Origin: a virus
Lineage: Duplodnaviria > Caudoviricetes
Length of the DNA: 64,000 nt
Reading direction: 5' to 3' (one strand)
IMG/VR virus record: IMGVR_UViG_3300028549_000507
Span: 64,001-128,000 of that record
The notes below the pieces were generated by a model that worked only from the letters and a program-made list of their open reading frames with translations, was not told the origin of the DNA and made no database searches. The position numbers and the translations under genes are program-made. Positions 59,652 to 64,000 of the stretch are shown one piece after another; within the stretch, counting starts at the first letter, position 1, and each line of letters opens with the position of its first letter.

Positions 59652-60221
59652 TTAATATCCAAACATTTCGAGAATCTGTTTATTTAGAATCTCTTCTTCC
59701 CGTTCTTTAGGAAGACCTATCAGATTGATCGCACATGTATCGTATAATTCTTCAGACTTATGCACATAAACTCCGAGGATAATGAAATCTGTAAGATCAC
59801 CGTCGAACATATCAGCATGATATGATCTGGTATAGTATCCGTTTGTACCATGTTCAGCAGGAGCTGCTACAACAGATTGCATAAGTTCTACAAATTTATG
59901 TATAGAACCTTTCCAACCTTTCTTGTAATTATCCTGACCAAATGCGGCAATAATAATTTCAACATCATCAGTAATGTCGATTTCTCCATCATTCATACGC
60001 TTGATAAGGGCATGAAGGGATGGTTCACAATACTTAAGAGAGTCCATAACTTGAAGACTCACAATAACAGTACCAGTTCCATCCTGCTTACCATGTTTAA
60101 TCTTCTTGAGAGACTTACAATATTGTTTAAGTTTTCCAATTCTTACATCTGTTTTATCAGATATAACGCCGAAAACATCATCAAAGAAGTCTACAACAAA
60201 TTCTCTAGTTTCACTAACCAT
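59652..60221 (-). CDS. Hypothetical protein
   Basis: Start MVSETR with GGAGG SD; early motif TATATAT ATAAAAG TG at 60252-60267. Confidence 0.75.
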   Translation of the reverse strand: MVSETREFVVDFFDDVFGVISDKTDVRIGKLKQYCKSLKKIKHGKQDGTGTVIVSLQVMDSLKYCEPSLHALIKRMNDGEIDITDDVEIIIAAFGQDNYKKGWKGSIHKFVELMQSVVAAPAEHGTNGYYTRSYHADMFDGDLTDFIILGVYVHKSEELYDTCAINLIGLPKEREEEILNKQILEMFGY

Positions 60222-60286
60222 GTGTCCTCCACATTTAAATTTATATAAGATCACTTTTATATATATAATCAAATACCAAGTTTGAA

Positions 60287-62335
60287 TTAATCCGGCTTTA
60301 CACCGATATTTACAACATCAACGATTTCATCAGTATAAATCGAGTACCCAAGTTGTTGCATAAGTGATACAAATGCGTCACTAGGAATACTACTATCGAT
60401 GTCTTCGCTCTTGATATTTACATTATGATATACAAATGGATCTTCCTCAATAAGCATTTTAGCAACACGATCACGATGTTTCATATTAGTTCCACATCCC
60501 GCAAGGAATCTGTTAACTATTTCCGGCGAACATCTATTCATCGCAATATTAACTTCCATCTCTCCAAACTTAATAGGAGTAGTTTTAAGCGGAAGAACTT
60601 TATTCTTAGACACAGATTTATCAGGCAATCCGTACCCATTAACACTACTAATTGATACTGAAGACGATTTACCTTCTGTAGTATGTTTTAGTACCATGAT
60701 ATATTCTTCACCGATAACTACAGCATTCTTAGAAGTATACTTCTTGATACCATGAATAGTATCAATTGTAACCTCAACGCTAGATGGATGAACGTCAAAT
60801 TCCATATAAATCTGCTTCATCTCTTCAAATGTAAGGTTCTTGAAAGAATGCTGTCTCACATATAATCCGCCAGATTCAATAGTTTGAATGAAGCGAGTTC
60901 TATGTTGAGGGGTTGGAAGATTCTTATAGTATTTAACAAGCTCACCATGACTATCGGCATCAACACGACTCATAAATCGACTAAGAAGTTCAAACTTTGA
61001 AGAAAGATTTGGAAGATCTTTCATCTTATCGACTATACGAGTAGATATGAAATTAAGTTCCTGTTCATACATTTGACCAGGATTACTTCGGCCAACAACG
61101 CCACAAGGATTGAAAATGATCTCAGCTCTAACACCATAAGCATCAAGAGGCATCATGTCGTCCGGTATAATCTTGGTAATAACTCCTTTACCACCAAATC
61201 TATTTGTGAGTTTGGAACCCTCAGACAAACACATTTCTTTTGAGATTGTAAATTTAACAAATGCAAATTCAAAAGGATTTTCGGTAGTTTTATTCATATA
61301 TTTGATATTATCATCAGTACACGCGTCATAATGATTTTTATAATAAGTATACTTCGTATTCGCATACGTTGTAACTTTATATGCTTTATCTCGAATATAA
61401 GGTTCGAGGTGTTTGATAATCTTAATCTTATAATCCATAGACAAATTGTAATACATTAACAATTGTTTTCTATGCTCATAATCTTTTAGCAATTCCGCAT
61501 TATTATTTACAACAACATCGATATCAATGATTCTCCCTTTTGCATGGAAGATTTCATCATTAGTATTTGTGATATTATTCAACGAGTTAGAAGTTGTATC
61601 ACAAACAACATTACTAGAATCGATAGTACGCTTTATACAGAATATACCATCAGATACTTCTGTAAAGATGTCGGGAAATCCTTTATAGAAGTCCGGAGTT
61701 CCGTATTTATTGAGGAGAATATCATTGAAATTCAAAACTAATTCAATAGTCTTGATTGATGTATAAGTAACTCGTTTAGCAAACGATTCTGATACAACGA
61801 TACCATCTTCAATATTATCTTTTGTGGAAATATATGCAACATTCCCATTAATACCGTATCTATAGTTAAGATTTTCATCATGACTATGAGTCTTAGATAT
61901 AATTGAACCAGGCTCAATCATCGCCCCAACAGTCTTATAATCAAGATCAACCATAGGTTTAGTATACCCATGTTCTTCTGCGAGATTCTCGTAATGTTTA
62001 TTTTCAATAATATCAATAACACCGGTAATAGTATCTTGAACGATCAGAGTATAATGGTGTCCAGGATTGGAAGGAAACTTATCAATTCGATGTAATATCT
62101 TATATTGAGCTTTGGCTATCCGTAATGAATCGTTAAAACTACCGAATTCTTTTTCAAATCCAGTATATAGTCTAGGAACTTCGGAGTTATTTAGAATCAA
62201 ACTCTGTTCGAAATACGTTCCAACAAGATGCAATCTACTACCAGACGACTTATTATAAAGTGTCATATTATAAATTCCACCAACTTTTTCAGGATCTAAC
62301 GAATCAGATGCCAAAAGTTCTTCTTTAAGCCCCAT
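60287..62335 (-). CDS. rpoB: RNA polymerase beta C-terminal subunit (probably non-virion RNAP)
   Basis: NIEDGIVVSESF, GSKLTNRFGGKGV, NPCGVVGRSNPGQ, KFGEME. Confidence 0.92.
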   Translation of the reverse strand: MGLKEELLASDSLDPEKVGGIYNMTLYNKSSGSRLHLVGTYFEQSLILNNSEVPRLYTGFEKEFGSFNDSLRIAKAQYKILHRIDKFPSNPGHHYTLIVQDTITGVIDIIENKHYENLAEEHGYTKPMVDLDYKTVGAMIEPGSIISKTHSHDENLNYRYGINGNVAYISTKDNIEDGIVVSESFAKRVTYTSIKTIELVLNFNDILLNKYGTPDFYKGFPDIFTEVSDGIFCIKRTIDSSNVVCDTTSNSLNNITNTNDEIFHAKGRIIDIDVVVNNNAELLKDYEHRKQLLMYYNLSMDYKIKIIKHLEPYIRDKAYKVTTYANTKYTYYKNHYDACTDDNIKYMNKTTENPFEFAFVKFTISKEMCLSEGSKLTNRFGGKGVITKIIPDDMMPLDAYGVRAEIIFNPCGVVGRSNPGQMYEQELNFISTRIVDKMKDLPNLSSKFELLSRFMSRVDADSHGELVKYYKNLPTPQHRTRFIQTIESGGLYVRQHSFKNLTFEEMKQIYMEFDVHPSSVEVTIDTIHGIKKYTSKNAVVIGEEYIMVLKHTTEGKSSSVSISSVNGYGLPDKSVSKNKVLPLKTTPIKFGEMEVNIAMNRCSPEIVNRFLAGCGTNMKHRDRVAKMLIEEDPFVYHNVNIKSEDIDSSIPSDAFVSLMQQLGYSIYTDEIVDVVNIGVKPD

Positions 62336-62351
62336 TTAACTCTCCCTTTTG

Positions 62352-62392
62352 AAATTATATATTACTCACGTACAATGAGTAATATATAATTT
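62352..62392. promoter_or_regulatory. 17-bp perfect inverted repeat containing the early-type promoter of the beta subunit gene
   Basis: AAATTATATATTACTCA-CGTACAA-TGAGTAATATATAATTT; minus-strand motif TATATAT TACTCAT TG at 62373-62388. Confidence 0.7.
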
Positions 62393-62414
62393 AAATAACT
62401 TTTTAACCCTCACG

Positions 62415-63908
62415 TTATTTTACTGAGTCATAGTGAGAACCTTCGCACTCACAGTAACCATTTTCACTATATTCAACAAGTTTCTTAATGATATCCACAT
62501 TAGTAGGACTAACATACCCGTCACCAAGACCAGTATACATATCACCAACAGCAGCCAATGCTTGTTCATTATAGTATGCATATTCACCCAAATCTTTAAT
62601 ACCATATCTAGGATATGGTGAAGTCATTGAAAGAATGATAGACATTCTCCATTCAATAGGCATATTAGCAAATCGTTTCAAATCTAATTCACCAAATTGA
62701 TTCATGATAATTACATCATTACCCATATGATATTTTGCAACAAAACTAATAGCTCTCGAAAGAATTGGATTTTCCAAGCATTTATCGATAAGATTCTTTC
62801 TTGTGAATTTAATCTCTGGCAGTATAGTGATATACATAGACATTGGGCTTCCCTCGATCCCAAATTTCTTAGCCAGAAGATATTCAAAGTCACTAAGTTC
62901 AGGACGATATCCAGTACGTTTGTCGAATACAAATCTAAATTCATTTGCAGATACATTAGATTTATTCTTAATCAGATCAAGAGCGTTTACAGAACCGCGA
63001 ATACTATCACCATAGATAGGATTTCTATCATCGATGGTTTCTTTCTTGGCGATTCTCCACATACCGAATGACTGATAAATCTGCTCATATCCACCCTTAA
63101 GTTTTTCACCTGCTTTAAGGTTTGGATGGTAACTCTTAGGTCTATCAAACATTCCCATCGGAACTTCTTTACTAAGGTGGTTGATAAGGATAAGGATGAT
63201 ATTATATTCATCCAATACACCTTTAACCTTTCTCAAGAATGCAGTATTATCTTTAGCTTCACGCATACCATCCATATTCTCAGACATCTTATCAATAGCT
63301 TTGAATTCCTTCTTACCATCAACTTGCTCTTCTTGAGTCTGAGCAATTACGAGTGCCGGAATACTATCAACGATCACTACTGTTGGGGGATAAATTTCAA
63401 TATGTTTACCAGATACATCTGCATATGGTGTAACTACTTTGAATTTATCTTTCTTAGCAGATTTGGAATGAGCAATTCGTCTAATCACATCATACACATC
63501 ACCAATCGAGATTGGAGGCGAAGGTGGAATATATCGACATTTCTGTCTAAATTCTGATTCACTCCAACGGTTAAGTGTCATAATACGGTCAGGAGTAGTA
63601 TTTCCTTCTGCATCAACGAATACAAGCATAGCTCCCCAACATCTGTCAACGATAGATCCGCCAAGTTGTACCATTGTTGTAGTTTTACCAGTACCGGATT
63701 CACCGATAGCACTATAGATTCTCGGGAAAAGTCCACCATTAGGAAGGATTAGTCCTGTATCAATATTCTTATCTTTATAAGCAGTCGGATAGTCAAAGTA
63801 TGTAAATCCACTCATATGACCAATAGCTTTACATTCTTCAGTACCAATATCGCCAAACATATTTGACTCTAAAATGTACTTAGGATCCTTAGGTCTTCCA
63901 ATAAACAT
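62415..63908 (-). CDS. recA: RecA/UvsX-like recombinase
   Basis: Walker A GESGTGKT, FVDAEG, VIVDSIPAL, LINH, KGG, IKNK. Confidence 0.88.
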   Translation of the reverse strand: MFIGRPKDPKYILESNMFGDIGTEECKAIGHMSGFTYFDYPTAYKDKNIDTGLILPNGGLFPRIYSAIGESGTGKTTTMVQLGGSIVDRCWGAMLVFVDAEGNTTPDRIMTLNRWSESEFRQKCRYIPPSPPISIGDVYDVIRRIAHSKSAKKDKFKVVTPYADVSGKHIEIYPPTVVIVDSIPALVIAQTQEEQVDGKKEFKAIDKMSENMDGMREAKDNTAFLRKVKGVLDEYNIILILINHLSKEVPMGMFDRPKSYHPNLKAGEKLKGGYEQIYQSFGMWRIAKKETIDDRNPIYGDSIRGSVNALDLIKNKSNVSANEFRFVFDKRTGYRPELSDFEYLLAKKFGIEGSPMSMYITILPEIKFTRKNLIDKCLENPILSRAISFVAKYHMGNDVIIMNQFGELDLKRFANMPIEWRMSIILSMTSPYPRYGIKDLGEYAYYNEQALAAVGDMYTGLGDGYVSPTNVDIIKKLVEYSENGYCECEGSHYDSVK

Positions 63909-63909
63909 A

Positions 63910-63999
63910 TTACGCTCCCACTTCTTCTAATGAATCAATTCGTTTACAATCATCTGAAATCAATATAGTCAGTTTTCCATAAATAAATGAATCCTCATC
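63910..63999 (-). CDS. 3' end of an upstream gene (partial)
   Basis: Open frame DEDSFIYGKLTILISDDCKRIDSLEEVGA* ending 1 nt before the recA ATG. Confidence 0.55.
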   Translation of the reverse strand, partial: DEDSFIYGKLTILISDDCKRIDSLEEVGA

Positions 64000-64000
64000 T

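Noticed and set aside
1-64000. Alternative genetic code or group I introns in core genes
   Set aside because: Long genes read through in code 11, TGA stops overlap downstream starts, and the RNAP, polymerase and helicase ORFs appear uninterrupted.

Overview
AT-rich segment of a jumbo myophage of the phiKZ/AR9 type, read in the standard genetic code with genes mostly on the minus strand. It carries four split multisubunit RNA polymerase pieces (virion and non-virion enzymes), split family-B DNA polymerase, RecA/UvsX, gyrase/topo-II A subunit, SF2 helicase, PhuZ-like tubulin, GroEL-like chaperonin, a T4 gp20-like portal, a 2796-aa tape-measure-like protein and baseplate proteins. A dTTP-supply cluster (intein-containing class III RNR NrdD, NrdG, dUTPase, ThyX) and two blocks of small accessory genes are also present. 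Reading the intergenic DNA by eye gave two recurring promoter-like motifs: TATATAT-N7-YR (before non-virion RNAP, tubulin and accessory genes) and AACA-N6-TR (before virion, replication and virion-RNAP genes). The top finding is a ~97-nt minus-strand element at 6804-6900, behind its own early-type promoter, that folds as a circularly permuted tRNA (T arm, loop-closed acceptor stem, D arm, U9 tail; no anticodon loop, no CCA). Other findings: a SET-domain gene broken by one extra base in an A8 tract, micro-ORF transcription units, a second sRNA candidate, and a 162-bp duplication of the giant gene's 3' end. No canonical tRNA, rRNA or CRISPR array was seen. All calls are by eye, without database searches.
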